From Octopus sinensis (Eukaryota): 64,000 nt of DNA. The DNA is taken from NCBI RefSeq assembly GCF_006345805.1, contig NC_043001.1:3162001-3226000 (forward strand), given 5' to 3'. The position numbers and the translations under genes are program-made. This document shows positions 51,348 to 64,000 of this stretch, in pieces; position 1 is the stretch's first letter; every line of letters begins with the position of its first letter. The notes below the pieces were generated by a model, which was not told where the DNA came from, did not search any database, and was given only the letters and a program-made list of their open reading frames with translations.

Positions 51348-52298
51348 TATGATGCTAGATGGCAGAATAAATAGAAAGTTTGTCAAAATACCTTTCACTC
51401 TTACGTAGTTGTTAAATTAAGCTGTGGTCAAGTGTTATCGTTTGATATAGTCAGATTAACCTCCCCATCTTTGTCTGTCTCTCTCTCTTCTCCTGTATGT
51501 CTGTTTTTCTTTCTTTCTCTCCCTCTCTCTCTCTCTCTCTCTCCTATTTTATGGCCTTTTGTCAGGCTGTCGAAAGCGTACCTGATAAAATAAAACCACC
51601 ACGTAACTGCCGAGTGGTAAGGAGGTACACGCGGTTTGCTTCTATCTGGTGACCGTGGCGCAAGTGGTTTTATGCCTGACATTTTTGAAAACCTTGAGGA
51701 TTTGAAGCCAATTCTCCCCAATCAAGCCCTCATCAACGTTTTCAAGCTTCGAGTGTGGAATGGCGGTAAAGAGGAAGGTACTTTCTCCCACCAAAATGTA
51801 ATGAACGTTAGGTGTGGCCAGAGAAACTGGGACATATGCCTGAGTAGGTCAGTTCTTGAATTATACCAAAATATTGCAGTAGGGAGTGAAGAATTTACAG
51901 GAGAGAAGGTGCTTTTGCATCTCAGAACTGAATATTTTGATCATGCAATTGCTTTTTCTTTTAATTAACCATTTTATTACTATTGGTTAGAGTTGATCTT
52001 TCTTCCATCACCACAAACGTAGGCTCTTGTGTCAGAAGAATGTCTTGAGGAATGTTGGTGGTTGCCCATGCATGCAGGTCTCCTCTTCTCGCCATGTAAC
52101 CAATGTTTATCCAATGGAAAGGTCATTGAATCAAGCTGATACATCTAGCCAATAGAATGATCATGACACAGGTACTGCAAGAAATCTTGTTCGACCTTCT
52201 TGCAGTTCCACCAACACAACTCGTTTGTTTAGTATTTTTTATCGACTTCCGGTGAGTCAAAGCCAAACATTAACTTCAACAGTATTTGAACTCACAAC

Positions 52299-52514
52299 GG
52301 CGGCGAGTTGGCAGAAATGTTAGCACGCCGGGCGAAGTGCTTTGCAGTATTTCGTGTCTTTACGTTCTGAGTTCAAATACCGCCGAGGTCGACTTTACAT
52401 TTTATCCTTTCGGGGTCAATGAATTAAGTATCTGTTGCATACTGGAGGTCGATCTAATCGACTAACCCCCTCCTCAAAACGTTGTGTCCTTGTGCCTAGA
52501 TTAGAAAAGAATAT
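52299..52514 (+). mobile_element. SINE family A monomer
   Basis: Head, core and tail as in the other copies. Confidence 0.85.
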
Positions 52515-54519
52515 CTAAACTCACATCACAGGGAACCGGAACAAAATATCACAATGTATTTTGCTTATCCTTTTAAAACACTCGCCAGTCTGGCTACCTT
52601 CGTATCTAACAGATTAATGTCAATCCGAGAGCTAACTCACACTGAAGGGAGGTGTGAGTGAAGGTTAATTTTCTTTTCATCGATCCGTCGAACAAAATGA
52701 AGGCAGATGTATTTATATATCTCTACTCAGCAGCTTTACCAGCTGCAACATAATGTCAGTCATTAGATTTGAACTTACGAAATATGTACTCCGGAACCAT
52801 AGATATAGCTTTGTGCCATTCGAACGTTTTCAATAGTGGTGTTGAGACTTAATCTAAATGGAAAAAAAAAAGAATCTTTCTCACATTTACAGAATCTATT
52901 TCTATGTTTGTTGACATTTGAACATAGGCTATACATATCACCAAACAAACACAAAGAAAGAAAGAAAGAAAGAACAAACATTAGAAAACAGAAAGAAAAT
53001 CTTAATTGTAAAGAAAAACAACTTGGAAATGGAATGGCAACAGAATGCCAAGTATAATTAAAAGGTGTAAATTGAAAATTTAATAAATTTTACCAGAAAT
53101 CCTTTCAGTCATATTTGCAATATCATTTTTGCAAATTTTTAAGAAAAGAAAAATTTTTTTCGCCAACAAATACACAAATATGCAATATTTGATTTCTTAG
53201 ATTTTATTAACAGAACATTTATGAATATAGTCTGTCCTCCTATTCAACATCATTATGTTTTATTAATAAATAATAGTGTATGTATTTATGGACGTAGCTA
53301 CGTGTGTACACAAACGTATACGCAGAGATGTGTGCATATATCGACATATATAATTATACACACACACACATACACAGAGAGACATATGCATATACTTTCA
53401 CACAAATATTTGCAAACAAGGCTGAAAAACCTAATAAAGATTATGCAAAATTTGAATATTGCTTTTGGCATTCACACGAGAATATATGTAAATGTATATT
53501 AATGTGTGTATGAATGAGGGAACATTCTTGGAAAAATCCTCCAGGAATCCTGAGCAGTGTGATATAGAACCATGACTTTAGATTTAACTATGTACATGAA
53601 TTATTGGCTCTAAGGACAAATTGGTAATAAAAACGTGAACAAGTCGGCTGTTTTCATGAAATTATTTAACAGATTTTGTTTTGCTTATTTACTGGGTGAA
53701 GGAGTAGGACCATTTCTCTTCAAATGATCTTCTAAACCTGTGAGGTAATGCCATAAATATTCCTATTGAAGCATTGCAATCAACACTGAAAGAAAGGCAT
53801 TGGACGGGGCGCATTCTACAGAGCAGACGTTGAGGGTTTGATGAAATGGGTGCAGTGATTCGTGCAAAGTCGCTGAAGGTAAGATGCATACAACAAGCGT
53901 AATGGAAGGACGGGAGATGCGTACAGTAGCAATATATGAGTTGTGGTGACATGAACTACTTCCTGGAAGTAGAAAACATTATAGTAGTAGCAGAAATGGC
54001 AGAAAAAAGATGACAGCTGCTTACGTGATGATTTAATTGTTTTAAAGTTTGTCTCTAAACGTCACACTCCTCTTGGCCATACAACGTACAAATATTTCCA
54101 AACAAATCAGCACGGTACAATAATACATTCTCCTCTAGTAAACACACTTCCTCACTGATTTCCTTACATTTTGTTGAGGGCGGCTGCAGCGTAGAGCTTC
54201 GCTCCCGGAATAACAAAGTTGTACAAAATATCAAGGAGTAGTTAAATGCGTTGTTGGTGTATAACTACAAATGGGAGCAAGTTGAGCAGATCAACGATTA
54301 CAGATCTTTAAGTGTTAATTAGATAGATACACAAACACGCGCACATACAGACATATAAATATGTATCCACACACACACACACTCTCACATACACATACAG
54401 AGACATGCATAGGACTTTTATTTTGCTGATTTTCGAGGACGAATTTGGTTCAAAATGATCGTAATGGGAACTATTAACTATTATCTATCTTTCAGTACAT
54501 CTGTCTACCTGTCTGTCTA

Positions 54520-54998
<479 letters not shown>

Positions 54999-55364
54999 CT
55001 GGACGCTAGTCAAATGGGCTCCACGTAAGTTGGCCATTTTTACATATTTAAAACTCTTTATTGTCAAATATTATTTTGTGTTTAAAAATTGTGCAAGAAC
55101 ATTCGCAACAAAACTTCATAAATATTTACATAGAATTTCGCCCTTGTGTGGGCGAAATTTCCAATACTTTGAAGGCATTCGTGGTTTCATTTTAGCCATT
55201 TTCATTTCGAAAATGGCAACTGGAAACCACGTGGTCAGCGCGCAAGTCATGCGAACACTAGCGACGTACGACCGCTGCCATTAGCTGCTGAACCTAACAG
55301 CTTGAACCAATACGTTTCTTCACTACATCCCAACTGGAGATCCAAGAGAACACAGCATATCATA

Positions 55365-55568
55365 TATTCTTTTCTACTCTAGGTACAAGGCCCGCAATTT
55401 TGGGTGAGGGTGCCAGTCGATTATATAACTGGTACTTAATTTATCGATTCCGAAAGGATGAAGTGCAAAATCGACCTTGGTGGAATTTGAACTCAGAACG
55501 TAAAGACAGACGAAATACTGCTAAGCATTTCGTCCGGAGTGTTAACGATCCTGCCAGCTCGCAGCCTT
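55365..55568 (-). mobile_element. SINE family A monomer
   Basis: Head, core and tail as in the other copies. Confidence 0.8.
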
Positions 55569-55876
55569 GCAGGAACTGAATATCGATTACCTGCTGGACG
55601 ATATCGTTTGATTTACGATCAGTTTATTTGGAGTATAGGAATCTTCATTTTGCCATTTACTTTTTTATTTAAAAAAAAAAATCTTTTATGGCCAGTGAGA
55701 GTACGGTGAGCAAATGCATGTGTTTGCATGCGTATCTAGATATGAAAAATGCATACACGCACACATTAATATAGATACATACAGATGCATATATACATTA
55801 TACACACACGCACACACACACACACACACACACATACAGATCCAATCCATCATTGGAACTGTAAAAAATTTGTTCC

Positions 55877-56075
55877 TTCATTTGTTTCAGTCATTTGACT
55901 GCGGCCACGCTGGTGCATCACCTTTAGTCGATCAAATCGACCCCAGGACTTATTGTTTTTAAGCCTCTTACTTATTCTATCAGTCCCGTTTGCCGAACCG
56001 CTAAGTTACGGAGACGTAAACACACCAAAATTGGTTGTCAAGGGATGGTACGGGAAATGCAGACACACAAACATA
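55877..56075 (-). mobile_element. SINE family C, 3' half
   Basis: tttgtttcagtcatttgactgcggccacgctgg. Confidence 0.75.
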
Positions 56076-56159
56076 TACATATATAACATTTTCCAGAAGT
56101 TTATCATTTAAATATATATGTACATGCCTAGATATGCAACTATATGTATGAGAATACAT

Positions 56160-56305
56160 AATACATACATACATACATACATACATACATACATACATAA
56201 ACACATACATGCATACATACATACATACATACATACATACACACATACATACATACATACATACATACACACACATACATACATACATACATACATACAT
56301 ACATA
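56160..56305. repeat. (TACA)n microsatellite
   Basis: Read directly. Confidence 0.95.
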
Positions 56306-56458
56306 CAAAACTAACTTGCTGATGTTGAAATTCCAATGAAGGAGCCTTAGATCGTGGTTACAAACCGGTCCTTTTCTATTGGCAAGAAATCTTGAAATAA
56401 AACTGAACAATGACGTACGTACACACATACACACATACATATTTGCATATTTAATATC

Positions 56459-56615
56459 TTGCGAAAACATCTGAAAGATCTACATGGAGTAGGGTCTGAT
56501 GTTTGCAAGGAACAACACGACCTTTTGCTGTTTAACGGACCAGAAGAACCTACATCACGGAAAGAAACTCAAAAGACCGCAGCAACATCGAACTTCCTCC
56601 TTCAAAAGAACCAAT
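56459..56615 (+). pseudogene. Old remnant of the same CR1-type LINE C-terminus as 4886-5940
   Basis: KHLKDLHGVGSDVCKEQHDLLLFNGPEEPTSRKETQKTAATSN aligns with KNLRDLHGVDADVF*VGLDLFLSGAPDEPTSRQEVQMRAAASN. Confidence 0.7.
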
Positions 56616-56734
56616 TACACAGAATGGCGATTGAGCCACTGAAAAATTGTTAACACAGCATTGCAAAACCTTTGGGCTGAAACGCATAAACACACACACA
56701 CAAACACACACACATTTGGAAATAAATGATACAT

Positions 56735-57400
56735 ATATTTGACCGTTCCTCGCATAGTTAATTTTGTGTTGTCTTCGATGCTGGTTTTTTTTATCTTGAT
56801 TGTAATTTTCTGCTGCCCAGCTGATGTCTCTGCCGACTGTGCAATGTCGTTTGCTTTCCAACCATTGCAGTCTTGCAGTAATCTTATCGGTTCCATCTTC
56901 ATAACAAAATCAACGCAGAGAAGGCGAGAATGAATGCGACCTTGGTAGACGCCAGTAACGATGCTAAATTTTCGGCACGGCTGGTATTTGTCTTAACACA
57001 TCAGCTATGCCTTTGTACAGTCTCTTGAAGAAATATCGGAAGATGCCATATGCGGTGGTGATCTTTCATCGTGAGTCCTTGTATCTCACTGTATCTAGCT
57101 GACTCTGAATGCCTGCCGGAATTTATGTGCACGGTTCCACGACTTTTATAGGGGTAAGGATTTTCTCTGCAAGTGTGGCTAGATTGAAATCCTGCTTTTC
57201 TCTCCATATTACACCAACGCCCTCTCCAATCCTCATCAGTAAAACAATACAGACAGATTTCCTTCATCTGGAATCGTGAAATCAGACAAATTACCGGAAT
57301 AATAATACTGAGAAATTTGCAAAAGTGAGTTCCTTTAAACTGGAAAGTTAAAAAGCAAGATTGAAAGTCGTAACGTAAACAAAGTGAGTGAAATCTTCGA
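56735..57400 (-). pseudogene. Decayed RTE-clade reverse transcriptase fragment
   Basis: Minus strand: KAGFQSSHTC (like QAGFR..RSC), TVHIN (like LYINF), FSIVTGVYQGRIHSRLLCVDFVMK (like TGVRQGCILSPLLF..IDWVM), ANDIAQSAE (like ADDIALLAE). Confidence 0.6.
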
Positions 57401-58079
57401 TGGAGCAAAAATAATTTCCTGTAAATTAAATAACAGTTTGTGTTACATTGTAAAATAACGATTATTTCGACTTATTCCACAGTTAAATAATAGTTTTCCC
57501 CGAAACATAAAAAGTGAACATGAATACCATTGATTACGAATTTTTTAGAATCACAACGAATGCAAACATTATGAATATTTGAATTATTTGAAAGAATATC
57601 TGAAGTTAGGTTTTAGGTAAATAATTATGCTTCAATATACATATAGACAGATATTCATAAATACACCTATGCACACAAAAACATATACACATAATCAACT
57701 TTTTATACTACTAATGTAAACATAATTTTGAATGAACAAATGATGAATGTATAGTTTATATAGGCCGGTATCTTAGAAATTATATGTACATATTTTATAA
57801 AATGTTTTCATTGTACTCCAATTATTATGAACGAATAAACAAATTAGCTCTGTTTTTTTATTTTTGTATTTCTCCCCCTTTACAATATTTTTACAAATTC
57901 AAACGTTGATATGTTATGATGAAATATTTCTAAGCCAGCTTTATGGAATCCATTAGCAGAGTGAATGACAAATCTCTGGTGATTTGACGGTAATTTTAAC
58001 TCATCTTAGCAACATCAATAGCTATGTAACTACTTCAGGCTTCAATTTTGCTTGTATGTATAAATGCATGTACAGACAT

Positions 58080-58129
58080 ACGCATATACATAAATACATA
58101 TATATATATATATACATATATACAACCAT

Positions 58130-58203
<74 letters not shown>

Positions 58204-58329
58204 GTATATATGTATATATATTATATATATATATATTATATATATATATACATATAATAGATATATACATGCATACATATATATATACATATAATAGATA
58301 TATACATGCATACATATATATATACATAT

Positions 58330-58387
<58 letters not shown>

Positions 58388-58420
58388 GTATATTTATATA
58401 TATGTACTCTCACATGTATA
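58080..58420. repeat. TA-rich microsatellite field
   Basis: Read directly. Confidence 0.9.
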
Positions 58421-59229
58421 TGCAAAGTATATATGTTGTGTAGGTAATGGTAATTTCGAAATTTCGACCGATATGAAACAAATAGTTTATGCGATGGAAC
58501 TCGAAGCAGAACAATCTATAAATAATAGCTGCTAGAATCTTTGGTTAAAAACCTCATTGTGGGGAAAAAATCGAAGAGAGCATCTGACCATTCCCATCCA
58601 AGGAAATCATAATCCAATATTTGACAGACAAACATACATACATACATACATGGTGGCTGCCCCCTCGTTATCTTGTATGACCATTGCACAAAGCTTGATC
58701 AATGTCGTTATCGTGCAATGCCTGTGCAAGAAGATTTTTTTTAAAGTGAGGAAAGGCTGTGCACTGAGTCGATCCCACTCACTAAGCAACAGCAGCCATA
58801 ATCCGAAAAGAAGGACAAGTCAACATCGTCGGTAACCACTGAGCAGCAGATTTTATGTCGGAGTTATCCCAGTTACCTGAGTTATCTTCTCCTTGAAGGA
58901 TGCTCTAACAAAGGCTAGGAGTCCTTCACTCCCAAGGGTTTAACCGCGCGATCGGGCATTCAATCCGATTATTTCTATGTCTCCGCGCATGATACAGCCT
59001 TAAGACATTTATTGGATGGCCGTTGAATCTCAAGAGTTCCTCCACCATTTATCGGGTTTTGTTTTTCGTCTCGCAGGGTGACCAATAAACACCCTCCTCA
59101 CCAAGCAAGCTTGGTGGGGTTGCCGGTTTAGTCACTGACGACCCGACCATGCATACATACACACATACATACATACATACATACATACATACATACATAC
59201 ATACATACATACATACATACATACATACA

Positions 59230-59620
59230 TAAATACGAGTGAGTAGACAAACGAAAGAAGGGCACCCAACACATTTATTGGGAGTTACATGTATGGGTCA
59301 AAACAATTAAATTCACTCTCCTTGGTACTCTGAGTTTCAAGCCGGTGGCTGGTCTTCGGCCACACGCTTATTTACCATACGATTTTTCCAAGTAATTGTT
59401 GTCGCCGAAACACCAACATCAGACTGCTCTAACGCGTGACCTTTCTCGACCAATCGCAGGCTAACGTCCAGTAGTAAATATAGACTCTCTTCAATCGAAC
59501 TCTCATTCAAATCCCAATGATCGAAGACTAGCCACACGCTTGAAACTCAGAGTACCAAGGAGTGTGAATCAAATTGTTTTGATCCATACATTTAACTCCC
59601 ATTAACTGTGTTTAATTAAC
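59230..59620. mobile_element. Inverted-repeat element with two decayed hammerheads (same family as 3996-4200)
   Basis: Arms 59281-59358 / 59522-59599. Motifs TGG-CCGAAGA-C-CAGC..GCTT-GAAAC-TCAGA-GTA-CCA (59323-59362, minus) and TCGAAGA-C-TAGC..GCTT-GAAAC-TCAGA-GTA-CCA (59521-59557, plus). Confidence 0.65.
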
Positions 59621-60700
59621 ATATAAATATATATATTTAAAGTTTATCTTTTAATTCTTTCAATCTTCAGACTGCGGCCATGCAGTGGTGACACCTCAAA
59701 AAATTTTAGGGGAACGAATTAACCCCGATCCTTATCTTTTTAGAGCATGACACTTATTATGTAGGTCTGGTTTGCCGAGCAGCGAGGTTACGGTGAATTA
59801 GCGAAAATAGCAAAGCAAAAAGGAAAATATCAAATTTAATGTCATTAATTCTCTAAAGCAGAAAGAAACTGTAAAAATATTTTGTTGAATAGAGAAAATT
59901 GTTTACTTTATAGAAGGAGTTTTGAACAATGTGTTTGTTTCTGTCAACAGAATGTGACCATGTGGGGTAAGACGACATCAGCGGGAATGGTGTAAAGAGT
60001 TCATATTTGCGGTTGTTTATACACAGCATGAATCTAAGTTATTGTAAAGTTAAAGCGGAAGAAATTCGAACATGTTCTTATGGACGGTTTGTAGAGGAAA
60101 ATCCTTGCCTTCTTTCACTTTGTTTAAAATCAATCGCTAATCTGACAAAAAACAACTGCAACTGTGAATGGAATATTATTTGTCCATTACAATCTAAATT
60201 CTCTTTCTGGTGAAATGTTTAAATGCACACCAAAAACTAACAACTTAGCTTAAGGGCTTACATCAAATCCGTTCAAACACACTTATAACCACCAAATTTG
60301 TACATCAGGAAACAAAAATACAACTATTTCACTATCTTCATTCATACGAACGCCGAAGATAAATGAAGTATATAACATAAAATGAAAATATAAATGAATA
60401 AAATCATAAAACTTATGAACAGCTACAGCACAACTGCTAAATCCTATTTGCTAAAAAAAATTTTATAAATAGGAAAATACAAGCAAATAAAAATGTTCAA
60501 ACAGGTAAAATACAGGTAAAATCTATGACATACTCTTTTAGATAAAGTAACAACTAAATAGTAAACCCTGTTATCCTTGACCTGTGAAAGCATTCCAGGT
60601 ATGTCATCACGGTGTCGTCCACAAAATTCATATGCATAAATTTTAAATATATGTTTTTGATTTGAATATATTTTGTTTTGACTGTATCTCATATATGGAA

Positions 60701-61012
60701 GCACTCCGTCGGTTACGACGACGAAGGTCCCAGCTGATTCGATCAACGGAACAGCTTGCTCGTGAAATTAATGCGCAAGTGGTTGAGCACTCCACCAACA
60801 CGTGTACCTGTAACGTAGTTCTCAGGTAGAATCAGCGTGACACAGAGTGTGACAAGGCCGGCCCTTTGAAATACAGATACAATTCATCTTTGGCAGCTGA
60901 GTGAACTGGAGCAACGTGAAATAAAGTGTCTTGCTCAAGGACACAACGCGTCGCCGGGGACTGAACTCATCACTTTACGATTGGCAGTGCCGTAACTACT
61001 AAGCCACGCGCC

Positions 61013-61016
<4 letters not shown>
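60701..61016 (-). mobile_element. SINE family B
   Basis: Homologous to 2284-2630 and 24945-25295. Confidence 0.8.
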
Positions 61017-61072
<56 letters not shown>

Positions 61073-62529
61073 ACATGCTTTCATATATACATGCATAAAT
61101 TCTGTTTAACACATTCACGCGCGGAAGATGATGTGTCTAATCTTAAACATAGCATGAAAGTGACTGAGTCTAAAAGAGTGTAAAAGAGTCACATTCCTAT
61201 GGTAGAAATTAAGTACATATATTCTCGAGTTTCACCAAATTCTCTTTTTATTATTTTTTAATCCTTGTATAAATACAATGATCCAAATAATAATTTAAAT
61301 TTAATTACAATATGTGTTCTTTTGATATATCTTATATCCGTTTTAATGCATTATATATTATTTATATATTTTCTCAAAATTATTAAAATCTTGGTCTTAA
61401 TATTTAAAACAAACAAGTAAAACTTCATTGCTAAAAAAACGAGTAAAAGTTATTACCAGAGCAAAAAAAAAAACAAAAAAACTAGACCTACAACTCATTT
61501 AAAAAACACATATTTATTACCCGAAATAATGTTCTATAATTTGCATGTCACGATTCCATTGTTATTTCAGAAATAATCAATCCCTCTCACTTTACAACAT
61601 CATTATGTCCTCTCCTACATCCATACTTTCACTGCTATTGTATTCTGATGGCAAGATAGCCATGGTGGCTCTCCCCCTCTCTCTCTCTCAATATATACAT
61701 AGCAATAATTGACATTGTTATTTTAATGCCTGATGATCTCCCATGACGAAAGAAATAAATATATCCCTGTAGAACACAGTTATTTCTTGTCAATATTTTC
61801 GTAATAATATATTTGACGTATGCGTGGTGTACATATGCGTAATTGGATATTGTTGGTTACAAACTTAAGACCAAAACTATTCCATAACGAGGACACGTTA
61901 AGATTTCGTTTACCACACTCCCTTTCGAGCGTGCACAAAAACACACACATGTATATTTAAGTATTTACCCAAAAACTGAGCCGATTTTGCTCTTGATAAA
62001 GTTCTGAGAATGAGGCATAATGGATAAGTTCCCATAAGCGGTGAATTAGCAGTCATGAGAGAAACAGATAAAATATCTTGAAATATTTGTACCAATACTG
62101 TGCACTTTAGGTTCAAATTCGGCCGAAATCTACTTTCCTTTAAGTTGGGTAAGAAATAAGTCCGTCAAGTCAGTTGCCCCGAAGTAGTGGTTCCAATTAT
62201 TTACCATCTGAGTTCAAATCTTGCCATGATCATCTTGAGTGGTACACTGAATCTGTAATTTGATTAAATAACACCACTAGTAAACTTAATCAGACCTCAC
62301 TCTATTGCAAGCATGTACACTAGATTTCCAGTTTGGAAATAACTTTCCACTCACCAGACTCAAGAACCGCCTGAATATTTATTGTGGTAAATTTCAAAGG
62401 AAGTAAATCCAAGATGAACACAGGGCCTCACATGGTTTATCTCTTCCCTGGCAAATGATCTCATACGAATCTCGAAAGAAGGGTTTGGGTTTCCTTTTAC
62501 CAATTCTCCAATAGCTGCAGACATATCTG

Positions 62530-62648
62530 AGTGGTTAAGAAGTTCGTTTCACAGCCACACGGTTTCTGGTTTATTTACAACATGCGACTCCTGAGGTAAG
62601 TGTCTTCTACTATAGCTTGGAGCAAACTGAATCATTGTGAGTGAATTA
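62530..62648 (+). mobile_element. SINE family C head, interrupted by a LINE
   Basis: gtggttaagaag...aagtgtcttctactatagc...ttgtgagtgaatt, then the LINE tail. Confidence 0.6.
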
Positions 62649-63318
62649 AGTTAGTTAGTTAGTTAGTTAATTTGGCTCAAAAGCAAATAGCAAGGCCATG
62701 TAGGGGGACATGGAGTTAAGTACAGGGTGGTGTTCATGTAAAGCGTTCAGGCCACTTGAGGTCCAGGGAGGCTTTGAACAAAGCGGTCGTCGGCATCTTC
62801 ACCATCTCGTCTGGCAGATTGTTCCACGGATCCGCAACCCGGACGGAGAAAGCTCCTCTCCTTCGATTGAGATGAAATCGTCGCAGGTAGAGCTTTTCGG
62901 AATGACCCCGCAGCCGACGCTCTGGAGCAGGAGTGAAGAACAGCTCTTTCGAGAGGTTACACTTTCCGCTTATGATGTTGTGGGCGAGAATGAGATCACT
63001 ACGGCGGCGGCGTTTTTCAAGAGAATAAAGGTCGAGCGTCCTCAGCCTTTCTTCGTAGGACAAATTTTTGAGACCATGAACCATGCGGGTAGCCAGCTTC
63101 TGGACTCTTTCGAGATGCTGTATGTCTTTGAGGAGATAAGGAGAAGAGGCTTGAATCCCATACTCCAATATGGGTCTCACCAGCGTGACATAGAGTGGTA
63201 GGAATATGGCTGCTGTGAGCATTCCGAATGACCGTCGAATCAAGAACAGAATTCCGCGTGCTTTGTTAGCAGCACGGACGCACTGGGCCGAAGGCGAAAT
63301 GGACACTGAAATAAACCG
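62649..63318 (-). mobile_element. 5'-truncated CR1-type LINE (second family), uninterrupted RT C-terminal frame
   Basis: ORF 62734..63360: AANKARGILFLIRRSF..LYVTLVRPILEYGIQASSPY..LERVQKLATRMV..SYEERLRTLDLYSLEKRRRRSDLI..FSVRVADPWNNLP; (CTAA)n tail. Confidence 0.93.
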
Positions 63319-64000
63319 AGTAAAATTTAGGCGGCATTGCCTACATGAATTTGACCACAATAAACAAATTGACGGGTGTCCACTGACGTGAAAGCCTAAC
63401 GGTCAAAACACCTTTGGCGGTAAAAATCTACAAAGATTCGATCACTATAAAAGAAACTGATTTTGTTTGGTGAAAATGAGGTTATTTAGATCCATAACGT
63501 CGAATAGAGATCTTGGAACTTTACTGTTCTTAACTAAGAACAAGATATATACGAAAATGTGAAAAAAATCTGTAATAGAAAATATATAACTGGAACATAG
63601 TCATGTTCAGAATGATGCATATATGTATGGACATTGTTATGTACACATGTGTGTGTGCATGCATATATCTATGGCGTGTCATAGTTGTGTATAAGAGTCA
63701 TACAAGAGGTGTCATTCGTTTCCAGCTATCTATGAGGACATTTCTGGCCATGGGAGAATATTAGCTTACTTGGAAACCGGTGAATGTTTGCGACAGGAAG
63801 TGCAGAGACCATAAAAAATGTGTTTCAACGAATTCTATGTGAACTTTACAAGCATGGAAAAGTGTGCGAAAAATGACGATCATATATCTTTAACGAAGTG
63901 CAAAGTCTGTGTAAAGTTTCTCTAACAAAAATCTAGGATGGAACTATTGTCGTCTTTATTGTAAAATACTCAAGGGAGTTAATGACTAAAGATTCGGAGC

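Noticed and set aside
51636-51968. 110-aa ORF; opposite strand has APRSPD resembling the Tc1 WPPRSPDL motif
   Set aside because: No recognisable domain, and one short motif is insufficient.
55134-55231. H/ACA snoRNA
   Set aside because: An H-box-like AAAGTA exists on the minus strand, but there is no ACA box after the second hairpin and the hairpins lack pseudouridylation pockets.
62710-63201. 163-aa plus-strand ORF
   Set aside because: Antisense shadow of the LINE RT frame.
63374-63418. Type III hammerhead-like string (GGTGTC..CTGACG..AAAACACC)
   Set aside because: Core deviates at two positions, stem I is essentially absent and stem II is poor; compatible with chance.

Overview
AT-rich, microsatellite-dense eukaryotic (animal) non-coding DNA. 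From memory, the SINE families and simple-repeat load look like an octopus (coleoid cephalopod) genome; this is inference and was not searched. I cannot support any intact host protein-coding gene, rRNA, true tRNA or CRISPR array. The window is a patchwork of mobile-element copies: a near full-length cecropia/Hsmar1-type mariner, a Tc1-like fragment, CR1-type, RTE and R4/Dong-like LINE fragments, two Penelope-like GIY-YIG fragments, two Helitron-type non-autonomous elements and at least five SINE families. The most notable hidden signal is a set of about ten hammerhead-ribozyme-like motifs (CUGANGA...GAAAC...NUH) from several unrelated Penelope-type terminal-repeat families, most with a (near-)palindromic stem III. 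Two copies with fully intact cores sit back-to-back in a ~266-bp inverted repeat at 21.7-22.4 kb, nested inside two SINEs. A motif-rich stretch at 44-52 kb (E-box clusters, a duplicated E-box/ETS/splice-donor module, CCAAT boxes) may hold promoter(s). SINE and other repeat boundaries are approximate (read by eye).
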